A stretch of DNA of 64,000 bases, from the NCBI GenBank assembly GCA_051859245.1, contig JBHYGA010000004.1, positions 576,001 through 640,000 of the forward strand. Direction: 5' to 3'. The notes under the pieces were generated by a model that had not been told where the DNA came from, did not search any database, and saw only the letters and a list, made by a program, of their open reading frames with translations. Shown here one piece after another: positions 1 through 9,361 of this stretch (position 1 is its first letter; each line of letters begins with the position of its first letter). A program made the position numbers and the translations under genes. Origin of the DNA: Gemmatimonadaceae bacterium (GTDB lineage: Bacteria > Gemmatimonadota > Gemmatimonadetes > Gemmatimonadales > Gemmatimonadaceae).

Positions 1-242
1 CCGTTGGCGGGCGTGAAGTACGCGACGTAGTTGCCCGCCTGACCCACAAACCAGATGCGATCTCCGGCGGGCGCGACGTACGGATCGCGCGGGCGACCTT
101 GCCAGGGCACATCCCAGGCGCTGTGCTGTACGGTGTCTGCGGCTGTGGCGCGGGCTTGAGAACGCGCCTCAGCGCTCAGCAGAAGCGACACTGTAAAAAG
201 CGACAGAGACGCGACAGTAATACGCAGTGGTCGTGTGGGCAT
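1..242 (-). CDS. Virginiamycin B lyase (Vgb)-like beta-propeller protein, exported; 3' end runs off the window
   Basis: Read manually (absent from ORF track): ATG at 242 with GGAG upstream; MPTRPLRITVASLSLFTVSLLLSAEARS...WDVPWQGRPRDPYVAPAGDRIWFVGQAGNYVAYFTP; signal peptide plus Vgb-like 'PRDPY..DGR.WFVGQ.GNY' repeat. Confidence 0.7.
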   Translation of the reverse strand, partial: MPTRPLRITVASLSLFTVSLLLSAEARSQARATAADTVQHSAWDVPWQGRPRDPYVAPAGDRIWFVGQAGNYVAYFTPAN

Positions 243-558
243 GTGCGCTCCTGACGTCGAGAGTTCCAAAGGACGGTGACAAGGGTGTCATCCAAACCTG
301 CAGTCGACAGTACAAAGACACCAGACGTTTCGAAGAACATGTGACGTAGCTGTGGTGCCGCATCAATGATTCTATACTGTAACGACCCATGCACGCCTGC
401 CTAATGATACGAGTGGCGACTGCAGGATGCTGAGGCGCAGGGGCCTGCGGCGAAACATTTGCCGACGCGCGAAACGCAGCCTAGTTTGCCGGATCATCAC
501 GTGTCACGATGCTGTTCAGCGAAACGCGTCCCGTCATCGTAGATCAGCGTCGTAACGC

Positions 559-1071
559 GTGACCCCACCTGCGGCTGTCGACCGTGCAGTTCCGATCCCC
601 CGACGGCGTGCTGTGTTGTGTAGCGCCGCTGTCGCAACCCGACTTACCGTGCGTCCTCTGCTTACCGCTGATTTCTCCGACATTCACAATGCGCTCGGCC
701 CGGATGAGCGATTGCTTGCGGTGCTGCATGGCAATGATGAACGTGGGCCCGCCAACTGGGTGATCACGTCGCGCCGATTGCTCATTCTTGCGCAGACGCA
801 TCCTGATCACGATGTCGCACATGTGATGCACGCGGCGATCACCTGTGTTGAACTGCGCGCCGATCCGCTTGGTACTTCATTGCGTGTTCGCGCAACAGGA
901 CGACAGCTCACGCTGCAAACGATCGATGCGGCGCAGGCGACGCAGTTCTGTTCGTTGTTGCGTGAGCGTGCGGGGCTGGGTACGCCGGCGTTTGGTACAC
1001 CGGCGATTACACCATCGCAGACGCGGCGCTCAACAGACCGTATGCCGGCGGTGCAGCTGGCGGCGCGTTAA
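559..1071 (+). CDS. Bacterial PH-domain-like protein
   Basis: 'LGPDERLLAVLHG...NWVITSRRLLIL...ITCVEL...LRVRATG' resembles bPH (YokE-like) domains. Confidence 0.5.
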   Translation: MTPPAAVDRAVPIPRRRAVLCSAAVATRLTVRPLLTADFSDIHNALGPDERLLAVLHGNDERGPANWVITSRRLLILAQTHPDHDVAHVMHAAITCVELRADPLGTSLRVRATGRQLTLQTIDAAQATQFCSLLRERAGLGTPAFGTPAITPSQTRRSTDRMPAVQLAAR

Positions 1072-1078
1072 CACCCGC

Positions 1079-2305
1079 TCAGTCGCCGGGATACACGACC
1101 CACAGTTCGGGTCGGCCGATGTTGCAGTGCACAACGCGACCGAGCAATCCGAATGCGGTCAGTGACGTGAACAACGTGAGGCGTGTTTGCTGATGTCCGC
1201 CGCCCAATGTTTTGCGGTGCGCGCGTGACAGGGCGCGCTCACGATTGCCGCGCGACGGCACTGGGTGGAAAATGAACTCTACGCCGGGTGACCGCTCTGG
1301 TTCGTCGTCCTGCCAGGCGTCGAGCTGACGGATCGCGGCCACCACCTTTGACGTGCCAACACGTTGGGCCGCGACCGCGTCGGCGTTGTAGACCACGGGT
1401 CGAGAGAGCGACGGCAAGAGCAACACGGCCACAAACGTCCAGAGCGTACTAAGTGCCGGCAACGCAAGCCAGAATGCCGCGTCGCCAGGCGACCAGGGCA
1501 GCAACGGCGCGAACAACGCAATGCCGGTCACCGGCCACAGCGCGGCGCGCAACAGGCCGCGCCGTCTGGCACCCGTGGTGAACTGCGTGTGTCGACGAGC
1601 GAACTGCACGGCCAGCAGATCGCGGTACCCCGGTGCCGTCCATCGGGCCGGAATCCACAAGGTGGGTGCCTGAACACCGACCCAGCCGCCAACAAAGGCT
1701 TCGTCATTCGCGTGCACCACACGCACGGCGCTATCACGCACGCCATGTTCGAGTGCCAGTGCACCAACCGCTTCGTCTGCCGGTTCGGTGCGCAGCGAAG
1801 CCACGAGTTTCGCAATCACTCCCTGTGCAGCCAGCAGCGCGACTGACGCGCCAAACACCACGCCGATGACTCCGAACATTCCGAGTTGCGACGCAGTCAA
1901 TGCCGCACCGAATGCAATGCTCGAAATCAGCACCGCTTGTATGATCACACCACGTAACCAGGTCGTAACCCATCGGAATACGGACGGACGCGCTCGCACC
2001 GCTCTCGCGCCGCCAATGAACTCAACGATGGCGAGCAACATCGTGTGTGAGAGAAACACACCGAGCACCATCAAGGCAGCATTTACGGGCGCGGAGAGCG
2101 GCATGCCACTCACGGGCCATTCGCTTGGCACGCGCACCACACCGGTGAGCAGCGCGACCAGCCAAATCAGCGAGAGCAGCACCGACCCACCAACGCCGGT
2201 GATACCGAGCAGCAGCCGCCGTCGTGCAAACGAGAGCGTGTGGCGCTCGTTTTCGCGTGCGGTGTCAGCGATGACGGCGTTGTGTGGAGCGATGGGTAGC
2301 GACAT
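1079..2305 (-). CDS. Multi-pass membrane protein with M48 (HtpX/Ste24)-like fold, HExxH absent
   Basis: Several TM helices; 'AFVGG', 'YNADAVA' and 'FHPVPSRGNRERAL' align with M48 motifs; start 2305 or 2338. Confidence 0.55.
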   Translation of the reverse strand: MSLPIAPHNAVIADTARENERHTLSFARRRLLLGITGVGGSVLLSLIWLVALLTGVVRVPSEWPVSGMPLSAPVNAALMVLGVFLSHTMLLAIVEFIGGARAVRARPSVFRWVTTWLRGVIIQAVLISSIAFGAALTASQLGMFGVIGVVFGASVALLAAQGVIAKLVASLRTEPADEAVGALALEHGVRDSAVRVVHANDEAFVGGWVGVQAPTLWIPARWTAPGYRDLLAVQFARRHTQFTTGARRRGLLRAALWPVTGIALFAPLLPWSPGDAAFWLALPALSTLWTFVAVLLLPSLSRPVVYNADAVAAQRVGTSKVVAAIRQLDAWQDDEPERSPGVEFIFHPVPSRGNRERALSRAHRKTLGGGHQQTRLTLFTSLTAFGLLGRVVHCNIGRPELWVVYPGD

Positions 2306-2431
2306 AAACCGAACGAAACGAAGGACACGCGAGACCACAGTGTCTCAGCGAAGCTGTTCGTTCAGTGTGTGACGCGTGCGTTTCGTTCCCTGAGCGCTAC
2401 GGCCACCGTTCAGTTAGCAGACAGTGACCGA

Positions 2432-3739
2432 TCACGGCGCGCCGGTTGGCTGCTGCAAACGCCAGCGCACGAGGTACGGCACATCGAGTGAGTCGATAAC
2501 CGTGCCCCACGCGTCGTCACCTCGAAGCGCATGAATGCGTGCACCGAGTGGAAGCGTAAAGCGTCCGCGCAGCGTGCCGTCGGGCGCGAAGAGCTCGAAC
2601 GCGTTCCGCGAACGAAACGAGACCACCGGTGGTGGCACTTCGCCTTCCACCTGCCGCGGCGGATCCGGTTCGAACGCTTCGGAGGGCGTGCTCACACCAA
2701 CGAGCAGTTGTCCGTCGAGTGTTGCCGTGATGTTAATAATCGGCGGCTTCTGCGTTGGAATTTCAGGGCCGTTCCATGTCCACTCCGGATCGTTGCGTCG
2801 CATGTTGTACAGCACCATCTCGCGTCGCTGCGTGCGCTCCGCGTCGGGTACGGGAATGCTCGGTGCTGAACGCTCGATACGATGCAGTCTGTCGTTGTGC
2901 GAGGTATGCACCACGAACTCCGCGCCCGACGAACCGGCAACGTGACTGCTCGGAAGCATCGCGGACATGGGCCGCGGCAAGAACGGAACGCCCATGGAGT
3001 TGACGTTGCCATCCCGACGAGAGATCAGGTTCAGCGGCGGATCGCCGAAGAACGGTTCAAGAATGGTGTCGGTGGCAATGCCAGCCGTGTCGTAGACAAA
3101 CCACGCGTTCCGCCCGAGGGCCTCACGAGTGAGTGCGGTGTCGCGCACATACGCGCGCACTGACAATCGTCCGTCACTCAGCGCCAGCAACGACTGCGCG
3201 CTCGTGTTGTAACTCATCACTGGTGGACGCCACAGCGTGAGATACGTGCCGTCGGCGGCGTACAGATTGATGCGTGAGCTGCCCGCATCCCACAACGCCA
3301 CGCGACCATCGGCGAGCACGGCCACACCGTTGCTGCGTTGATATTCACCGGGCCCGCTGCCTTTGCCGCTGATGACACGAATGAGCGTGCCGTCACTGGC
3401 ATAGTGTCTGAACTGCGGCGACGTGCTCTCAAATACGTATAGTTCGTTCTGCGCATTCACCGCGATGCTGTGCACGGACCCAAAACTGGTGGTTTCGTCG
3501 CCATCGGGGTCGCCGATGCGCCACGCTTCAACCAACTGCAGTTCCTGCGCAGTGTTGATATCGCCGGTGGTGCGAACGACGACCGTGTCGCCGACGGTAT
3601 CAACCACCGCCGTGAACGTCGTCGCGTTTTTCGGTGTCTGATCTGTTGCGCCGCACGCAGTCGTAGCGAGCGCAGCGGCGGCGAACGCCATGATCGCACG
3701 CACGGTGCGCGGCCAATGGCGGGTAGCGGAAGCGAGCAT
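2432..3739 (-). CDS. Six-bladed beta-propeller lipoprotein (TolB/NHL-like)
   Basis: Lipobox-like 'LATTAC'; 'ISGKGSGPGEY' NHL-type repeat; start uncertain (3691/3739/3790). Confidence 0.7.
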   Translation of the reverse strand: MLASATRHWPRTVRAIMAFAAAALATTACGATDQTPKNATTFTAVVDTVGDTVVVRTTGDINTAQELQLVEAWRIGDPDGDETTSFGSVHSIAVNAQNELYVFESTSPQFRHYASDGTLIRVISGKGSGPGEYQRSNGVAVLADGRVALWDAGSSRINLYAADGTYLTLWRPPVMSYNTSAQSLLALSDGRLSVRAYVRDTALTREALGRNAWFVYDTAGIATDTILEPFFGDPPLNLISRRDGNVNSMGVPFLPRPMSAMLPSSHVAGSSGAEFVVHTSHNDRLHRIERSAPSIPVPDAERTQRREMVLYNMRRNDPEWTWNGPEIPTQKPPIINITATLDGQLLVGVSTPSEAFEPDPPRQVEGEVPPPVVSFRSRNAFELFAPDGTLRGRFTLPLGARIHALRGDDAWGTVIDSLDVPYLVRWRLQQPTGAP

Positions 3740-3795
3740 CTTGGAGGGGAGGCGGGGAGCGGCGGGGCGACGACCACCACTGTTGGACACTCGTG

Positions 3796-4914
3796 TTACG
3801 CCGAGGGTTGTGTCGTGCGCAAGAGCTCGTCAGGGCGGCGTCGAAACCAGCTGGCCACGAGGTAAAACTCGTCGAGATCATGCATGGGCACGTCGCTTCC
3901 CCGCGGATCCGCTTCGTGAAAAATGCGCCGCGATAGCTCCTGTAGCGCGGCCTCCTGTTCGGCAGTAGCTGGAAGCGGAAGTTCAGCACGCACCGTGCCG
4001 CGACGGATCACATACGCGCGACCATTGTCGCCCGCGTCACCTGTGCGGTACACAAACGACAGCCGATCCATGCTGGCATGAAAACGCGTGACCCGTGTCC
4101 ATAACCACTCAAGCAGCTCCGCACGATCACGCCAAACGGCCGCGCGCTCGAACTCAAGTGCGTTGGAAGCCGCCTGCATGCGTTCGCGCGCGCGTACGAG
4201 TGGTTCATCTGTGCGTGCATTCAGAAAATCGCGCACCTCGTTCACACTCTGCGCGTACTGCGCGGCGTTTCCCGTCCCAATACAGGGCCCGGGACAGCTG
4301 CCGATTTCTGCGCGCAAGCAGCCGGGCGTGCGCTGCCGTCGCAGCCCACGTGGTGGCACCGTGTCGGCAAACCACAGCGGACGCGCAGCGCTGGTTCCGT
4401 TGGGTTCTTCGAGCGTGCAGTCGCGTATCGCCGCGATTTCTGCCAGTGCATGGACGGCATCGGACAAGTGCGACACACGTCGGAACGGCCCCCACAAACC
4501 AGATGCGCGTGCATCGTCTGTTCGGCGTACCACGCGCAGTCCGGGCACGGCGCCGGCCGTTAACGCCACATAGGCGCGCGGCCATTCGTCGGACACCATC
4601 GTCGAGTTGAAGTGAGGTCGATGCTGCTTGATGAGGCGCAGTTCGTCGAGCAACGCCGCAAACTCATTGGGCGCGTAATGCCATTCAATGGTGAACGTGT
4701 GTCGGAGAATTTTGGCTGACTTGTTGCGTCGTCCCTTGGCGCGAAAGTACGACAGCAATCGCGTACGCAGTGCGCGCGACTTGCCCACGTACAACACGCG
4801 CCCTGCTTCCGCGAGCATGCGGTAGGTACCCGGCCGGTTCTCACAGCTGCTGCGCACCTGTTCCAGCAGTGCGCCGCGATGTGCTGGCGTATGTCGACCA
4901 ACGCGCGTTGCCAT
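3796..4914 (-). CDS. UvrC N-terminal-like (Cho-type) GIY-YIG excinuclease with Cys cluster and UVR motif
   Basis: 'PGTYRM...LYVGKSRALRTRLLSYF'; 'RDC...CLRAEIGSCPGPC'; 'MQAASNALEFERAAVWRD'; no RNase H or HhH half. Confidence 0.8.
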   Translation of the reverse strand: MATRVGRHTPAHRGALLEQVRSSCENRPGTYRMLAEAGRVLYVGKSRALRTRLLSYFRAKGRRNKSAKILRHTFTIEWHYAPNEFAALLDELRLIKQHRPHFNSTMVSDEWPRAYVALTAGAVPGLRVVRRTDDARASGLWGPFRRVSHLSDAVHALAEIAAIRDCTLEEPNGTSAARPLWFADTVPPRGLRRQRTPGCLRAEIGSCPGPCIGTGNAAQYAQSVNEVRDFLNARTDEPLVRARERMQAASNALEFERAAVWRDRAELLEWLWTRVTRFHASMDRLSFVYRTGDAGDNGRAYVIRRGTVRAELPLPATAEQEAALQELSRRIFHEADPRGSDVPMHDLDEFYLVASWFRRRPDELLRTTQPSA

Positions 4915-4918
4915 GGGA

Positions 4919-5305
4919 TCAGCCGGGTTCGTTCAACGCGTCTGCAGACGCAACGTCATGCGGTGTGGTGTCCGCGACGGCGCGACGATAATTCGACCCC
5001 CACGTGCGTAACAGTTCAATGCACGGAATGGCGGTCTCGCCGAGCGACGTGAGCGTGTATTCCACGTGCGGTGGCACCACGGGGTACACCGTGCGCGTGA
5101 TCAGTCCCGCACGCTCGAGTTCACGCAGCTGTTGGGTGAGCATTTTGTGGTTCACGGTCGACAAGTCGCGGCGTAGCTCATTGTAGCGCCAAGCGCGCTC
5201 TCGCAGTCGCCACAAAATCGGCATTTTCCATTTGCCACCGATCACGTGCAGCGACAGCTCCACCGGATTGTTGAAGCGCTGTCCATCGAACTCGAACACA
5301 GGCAT
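4919..5305 (-). CDS. HxlR-family winged-helix regulator
   Basis: 'IGGKWKMPILW...LTQQLRELE..GLITR..YPVVPPHVEYTLT'. Confidence 0.9.
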   Translation of the reverse strand: MPVFEFDGQRFNNPVELSLHVIGGKWKMPILWRLRERAWRYNELRRDLSTVNHKMLTQQLRELERAGLITRTVYPVVPPHVEYTLTSLGETAIPCIELLRTWGSNYRRAVADTTPHDVASADALNEPG

Positions 5306-5310
5306 GGCAC

Positions 5311-5328
5311 ACTTTCCAAATGGGAAGT
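5311..5328. promoter_or_regulatory. Probable HxlR operator between divergent genes
   Basis: ACTTTCCA-AA-TGGGAAGT imperfect inverted repeat (one mismatch) just upstream of the hxlR start. Confidence 0.4.
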
Positions 5329-5415
5329 ATCACCCGAAAAAGTGCATACTACCCGCGATCACGGGCGTCCGATAGCGTGGGTGGAGAAACGACCCTGATT
5401 CACGCTGGAGGAAAT

Positions 5416-6162
5416 ATGAGTGCCAATATCAATCGCGCGTCCACGGGCCGACCGAAGCGCATTCTGATGATCGCCGCCAACGCGTCCACGTCCACCGTGA
5501 CCGGATGGCCCGTGGGCTTCTGCTGGTCCGAACTCACGCACCCCTACTGGGTGTTCAATGAGGCGGGGTACGAGGTAGAGATTCGCAGTCCGAATGGCGG
5601 TGCCCTGGTGGCCGACAGCTATTCCAATCCCGCAGATCCAAGTGGCTACTCGGCGCATGATCTGCTGTCGCTCGGCTTCAAGACATCCGCCACGCACGCC
5701 GCTCTGCTCGCGGAAACGGCGTCCATCGCCAGTGTTTCGGTCGCGAACTATGACGCGGTGTTTGTGGCTGGCGGACAATCGCCCATGTTCACGTTTGCAA
5801 ATAATGACGCGCTGCATCAACTGGTGGCCGACTTTCACGCGCAAGGGAAAGTGACGGCGCTCGTGTGTCACGCCACGTGCGTGCTGCTCAAGGCGCGCGA
5901 CACGAATGGTGATTTGCTGGTGAACGGAAAAACATGGACCGGGTTTGCCGATAGTGAAGAGCGTTTTGCCGATGAGATCGTGGGACAGCGTTTACAACCG
6001 TTCTGGATTGAGTCGGAAGCGCGTGCACTACCCAACACCAACTTTGTGGTGGATCAGCGATTTCGTGAGTTCGCAGTGCGCGACGGCCTGCTGGTGACCG
6101 GACAACAACAATACAGCGGTGCGGCAGCCGCACGTCTTGTGGTGGAGGCGCTTGGTCGATGA
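5416..6162 (+). CDS. DJ-1/PfpI (Hsp31-like) family protein
   Basis: GGAGG RBS; 'SELTHPY', 'VAGGQSPM', nucleophile elbow 'LVCHA', 'VTGQQ'. Confidence 0.85.
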   Translation: MSANINRASTGRPKRILMIAANASTSTVTGWPVGFCWSELTHPYWVFNEAGYEVEIRSPNGGALVADSYSNPADPSGYSAHDLLSLGFKTSATHAALLAETASIASVSVANYDAVFVAGGQSPMFTFANNDALHQLVADFHAQGKVTALVCHATCVLLKARDTNGDLLVNGKTWTGFADSEERFADEIVGQRLQPFWIESEARALPNTNFVVDQRFREFAVRDGLLVTGQQQYSGAAAARLVVEALGR

Positions 6163-6791
6163 ATACCCAGGAAATGGCGATCGCTGTCATTGGCGACGGC
6201 AATGTAGGACAGGCGTTGGCCGTGCGACTGCACGCGAGTGGACACCACGTGCGATTTGGTGTGCGCAGCGAATCGCCCAATGCAGGCACGGACGACGGCA
6301 TCCCACGTCAGACCATTCGTGACGCGTTGCGCGATGCGGATGTGGTATTTCTTGCTGTTCCAGCGATGGCGGCGCAGGAGGTGCTCGCCACCGCAGAATC
6401 GCTGCGCGGAAAAATCATTGTGGACTGCACCAATCCAGTGCGCTGGGATGCGGGGCCTGTGATCGCATCGCCGGAGGCGGGTTCAGTCGCGGCACAACTT
6501 GCGGTCACATTTCCGGACGCGCGCGTGTGCAAAGCGTTCAACCACTTTGGCGCCGAGATCCATGCGCAACCGCAGATGGCGCACGGTCCGGCAGATGCAT
6601 ACATCGCGGGAGATGATGCCGATGCCAAAGCGGTTGTGATCGCGCTCGCCGACGCGATTGGATTCCGCGGTCGCGATGCCGGTCCGCTACGCAACGCGCG
6701 ATTGCTTGAACATCTGGCGGTACTTTGGATACACCTGGCAACGGTTGGTGGAAACGGGCGCGAGTTTGCGTTTCGACAGGAAGGTCGCTGA
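6159..6791 (+). CDS. F420-dependent NADP oxidoreductase-like (F420_oxidored) protein
   Basis: 'IGDGNVG', 'VFLAVP', 'VDCTNP', 'KAFNH', 'DAGPL'; ATGA overlap with DJ-1 gene. Confidence 0.85.
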   Translation: MNTQEMAIAVIGDGNVGQALAVRLHASGHHVRFGVRSESPNAGTDDGIPRQTIRDALRDADVVFLAVPAMAAQEVLATAESLRGKIIVDCTNPVRWDAGPVIASPEAGSVAAQLAVTFPDARVCKAFNHFGAEIHAQPQMAHGPADAYIAGDDADAKAVVIALADAIGFRGRDAGPLRNARLLEHLAVLWIHLATVGGNGREFAFRQEGR

Positions 6792-6797
6792 GGGGTA

Positions 6798-7112
6798 CTA
6801 CAGCGACGTAAAGGCAATGGTCACACGCACGGTATCGCCGCTACCTTTTCCTCGGCGCGCCTTCTTTGGCACGGCAAGCAACGTGCGACCGTCCTTTCCG
6901 CGCCACACGCTCGTCTGCCAGGTGAGCCCGTCAACCGTGGCGACGACTGGTGTGCGCCCCCACCCGTGCGTGACAGGCGGTGCGAACTCTTCAGGCACGG
7001 GTGCAAAAAACCAGCCGCCTGGACCTTCGTAGCGGAAGAGTGTCGCCGTAAACGCGCCGCCAAAGCGCGCGGTGCTATCGCTCGGGGTCGAAGTCTGTCG
7101 TGAGGATCCCAT
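6798..7112 (-). CDS. DUF1905 domain protein
   Basis: 'GPGGWFFAPVP...GWGRTPVVATVDG..WQTSVW...LLAVPKKAR...GDTV'. Confidence 0.75.
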   Translation of the reverse strand: MGSSRQTSTPSDSTARFGGAFTATLFRYEGPGGWFFAPVPEEFAPPVTHGWGRTPVVATVDGLTWQTSVWRGKDGRTLLAVPKKARRGKGSGDTVRVTIAFTSL

Positions 7113-7785
7113 GGCGCGATTTCATGGTGTGAAAAAAGGCCTGCAGCGTGCGATCAGGCTGGACGGGGTACTGCGCGGTGGTAGATACAAGCGCAGCAAT
7201 GCGATCCAGTCGGAACGAACGAAAATCTTCGCGTAACTCGCACCACGCGACCAACGTCCATGCTTGCGCGCTGAAGAGTACACCAAGCGGCCACACGCAG
7301 CGTGTAGTTTCGGTTGATGCCACGTCGCGGTAGGTGAGTTGCAGCACGGTGCGTTCTTCGATCGCGCGCAACAACTCGCCAAGTCGCGCTGACATATCGT
7401 CACCTTTTCGTGTGACAAATGCGGGTACTTCACGCATGTGGTTGGCGAGTGCGCGCGGGACAATGGCGCGCACCTTGTTTTGCGCGCGTTCGGCAGCGCG
7501 TCGCAGTGCGTCGTCGCCATAGGCCTGGGTAAATCGTAATCCAACCGCGAGCGCTTCAATTTCGGCGCGGTCAAACATGAGTGGCGGCAAATCCAGTTTT
7601 CGCGCGAGCGCGTACCCGACTCCCGCTTCGCCGGTAATGGGTACGCCAGCGTGCATCAGGTCAGCAATGTCGCGGTAAATCGTGCGCACCGACACGTCGA
7701 GCCGGCTGGCAAGCCACTGCGCCGTGGTGAGACGACGTCCACGCAGATAGTCTGTGATGCGATACAGGCGATCGGCACGACGCAT
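7075..7785 (-). CDS. YafY-family HTH-WYL transcriptional regulator
   Basis: 'MRRADRL...LDVSVRTIYRDI..L...GVPI.GEAGVGY'; WYL region 'WTLVAWCELREDFRSFRLDRI'. Confidence 0.92.
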   Translation of the reverse strand: MRRADRLYRITDYLRGRRLTTAQWLASRLDVSVRTIYRDIADLMHAGVPITGEAGVGYALARKLDLPPLMFDRAEIEALAVGLRFTQAYGDDALRRAAERAQNKVRAIVPRALANHMREVPAFVTRKGDDMSARLGELLRAIEERTVLQLTYRDVASTETTRCVWPLGVLFSAQAWTLVAWCELREDFRSFRLDRIAALVSTTAQYPVQPDRTLQAFFHTMKSRHGILTTDFDPER

Positions 7786-7805
7786 GCGTGGCTCAATGAG
7801 TCAGG

Positions 7806-8834
7806 TCAGTGCGCCACGACGGCGCCTTTCGGGTTGCCAACCTTGAGAACACCAACCGCACCCTTGGTGGCATCGGCAAACGCGTGGCTGACGAAGGGAT
7901 AGATGCCCTCTTCGAGAGCACGACCTTCAAAAATTACTCCACCACCAACGGGTACGTTGAATGTCTGCACGCCCTCGAGCGGCGCGCCAAATCCACCCAC
8001 ACGCACACGATCAAAGATGGCACCGACTACGTGAAATGCAGACACACGGTTTGGCCCTGCATTCACCACGTAAAAACGGACCAGTTCACCGGGATCGGCA
8101 GGAACGGGGTTCGCGGCGTATTGTCCGGCCACACCATTAAAGACCACGTGATCCGGAGAGAGATCGAGCAACTGTGACCAATCCAGTCCGCGCAACGAGT
8201 CTGCGCCGGTTGGTGGACCGAGGTAAAACTCACTCTGCACGAGTACCAGTTCGCGCGCCGGTGGCAACGGGGTTACGGGATCGACAATGATCGCGCCGTA
8301 CATGCCGTTCGCAATGTGCGCGGCGACCGGCGCGGTGCCGCAGTGGTACATGAAGGCGCCCGGCACGCGCGCGACAAAGCGGAACGAGAGAGAGTCGCCC
8401 GGATTCACATTCACGTACGCACGGTCTGGCGCAATCTCAGCCGCGTGAAAATCCATGGAATGTGGAATCGGCGATACGTTCACAATCGTAAAGTCCACGG
8501 TGTCTCCAACCGTTACGCGCACCACGGGTCCGGGAATCACGGAATCAAACGCCCACCCGTCATAGACCACGCCGGGTGCGACGACGTGACGAATGTGCGC
8601 GGTGGTCATGCGCACGTTGTGGCGACGCTGCGTGCTGCGCGGTGGTGCGGTCGCCGTTCGCTGCAGCGGCACGGCCGGATCGCCGATTTTCGCTTCACCG
8701 TGCGACATCGCGGCCGGAGCCGGCCCGTCGGGTGCCGCTGTGGAGGCTGCCTGCGAGCCGTTCGGCGCTGGCGCTGGGGCATTACACGCGAACACGAGAA
8801 ACAAAAACGGAACTGCCACAGATGGACGAAGCAC
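7806..8834 (-). CDS. nirK: Copper-containing nitrite reductase (NirK/AniA type), lipoprotein
   Basis: GTG 8834 after AGGAG; lipobox 'LVFAC'; Cu ligands and catalytic residues present: 'HSMDFH', 'YHC...AHIANGM', 'SAFHVVG', 'PFVSHAF'. Confidence 0.8.
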   Translation of the reverse strand: MLRPSVAVPFLFLVFACNAPAPAPNGSQAASTAAPDGPAPAAMSHGEAKIGDPAVPLQRTATAPPRSTQRRHNVRMTTAHIRHVVAPGVVYDGWAFDSVIPGPVVRVTVGDTVDFTIVNVSPIPHSMDFHAAEIAPDRAYVNVNPGDSLSFRFVARVPGAFMYHCGTAPVAAHIANGMYGAIIVDPVTPLPPARELVLVQSEFYLGPPTGADSLRGLDWSQLLDLSPDHVVFNGVAGQYAANPVPADPGELVRFYVVNAGPNRVSAFHVVGAIFDRVRVGGFGAPLEGVQTFNVPVGGGVIFEGRALEEGIYPFVSHAFADATKGAVGVLKVGNPKGAVVAH

Positions 8835-8961
8835 GAGGAACTCCTGGTGAGAGTCCCTGAAAGGTACCTCGACTTTCGCGTTACTGTCGCGTTGCCGTCG
8901 TATTGCCGTCAAATCATTTAGTCCGACGGCCGCCGCTCCTGCGTTCACAACACCCTACGCG

Positions 8962-9303
8962 TCAGGTGGTGGACAAAACGCCATACGCGCGAACCGCACG
9001 AAATACCTGCACCCCGTGCGCCGGATCCGACGTATCAGCGCCCTGCATGCACGCAAAGTACGACGCACAGGCATCACTCTGCGGAATGAGCGGCAGAATG
9101 GCGGTGGCATGATCAGCGGAACGCCACAAGACGATATCCGCCCACCGACCATCGGGCAGCTGTGAAGTGGCGCGCCCGAGATACCCGGGCTGATGCTGCA
9201 GAAATTCCTGATCCAGCCGTTCCGAGGCGGCGAGGAGCTGTTGTTCGCTGACGTCAGCGTTCAGCGTGAAGGGCGCGATCTCAATGGCCAGTGAATGCGG
9301 CAC
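8962..9303 (-). CDS. Small ABM-like (dimeric alpha-beta barrel) protein
   Basis: GGAG RBS; 'FLQHQPGYLGR...GRWADIVLWRS'. Confidence 0.6.
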   Translation of the reverse strand: MPHSLAIEIAPFTLNADVSEQQLLAASERLDQEFLQHQPGYLGRATSQLPDGRWADIVLWRSADHATAILPLIPQSDACASYFACMQGADTSDPAHGVQVFRAVRAYGVLSTT

Positions 9304-9361
9304 GGTTGGTTCTCCAGGTGGGTGCGAAATGCATATCGAGTTCGCACAACCTGCACCGGGG

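Noticed and set aside
3796..4914. Calling this gene uvrC
   Set aside because: Lacks the RNase H-like and HhH C-terminal half
7075..7785. WYL gene as marker of an anti-phage defence island
   Set aside because: Short YafY-type protein; no CBASS, BREX, RM, toxin or mobile-element genes recognised around it
8895..8915. Possible FNR/NnrR box upstream of nirK (TTGAC-GGCA-ATACG)
   Set aside because: Right half-site matches ATCAA poorly; not supportable
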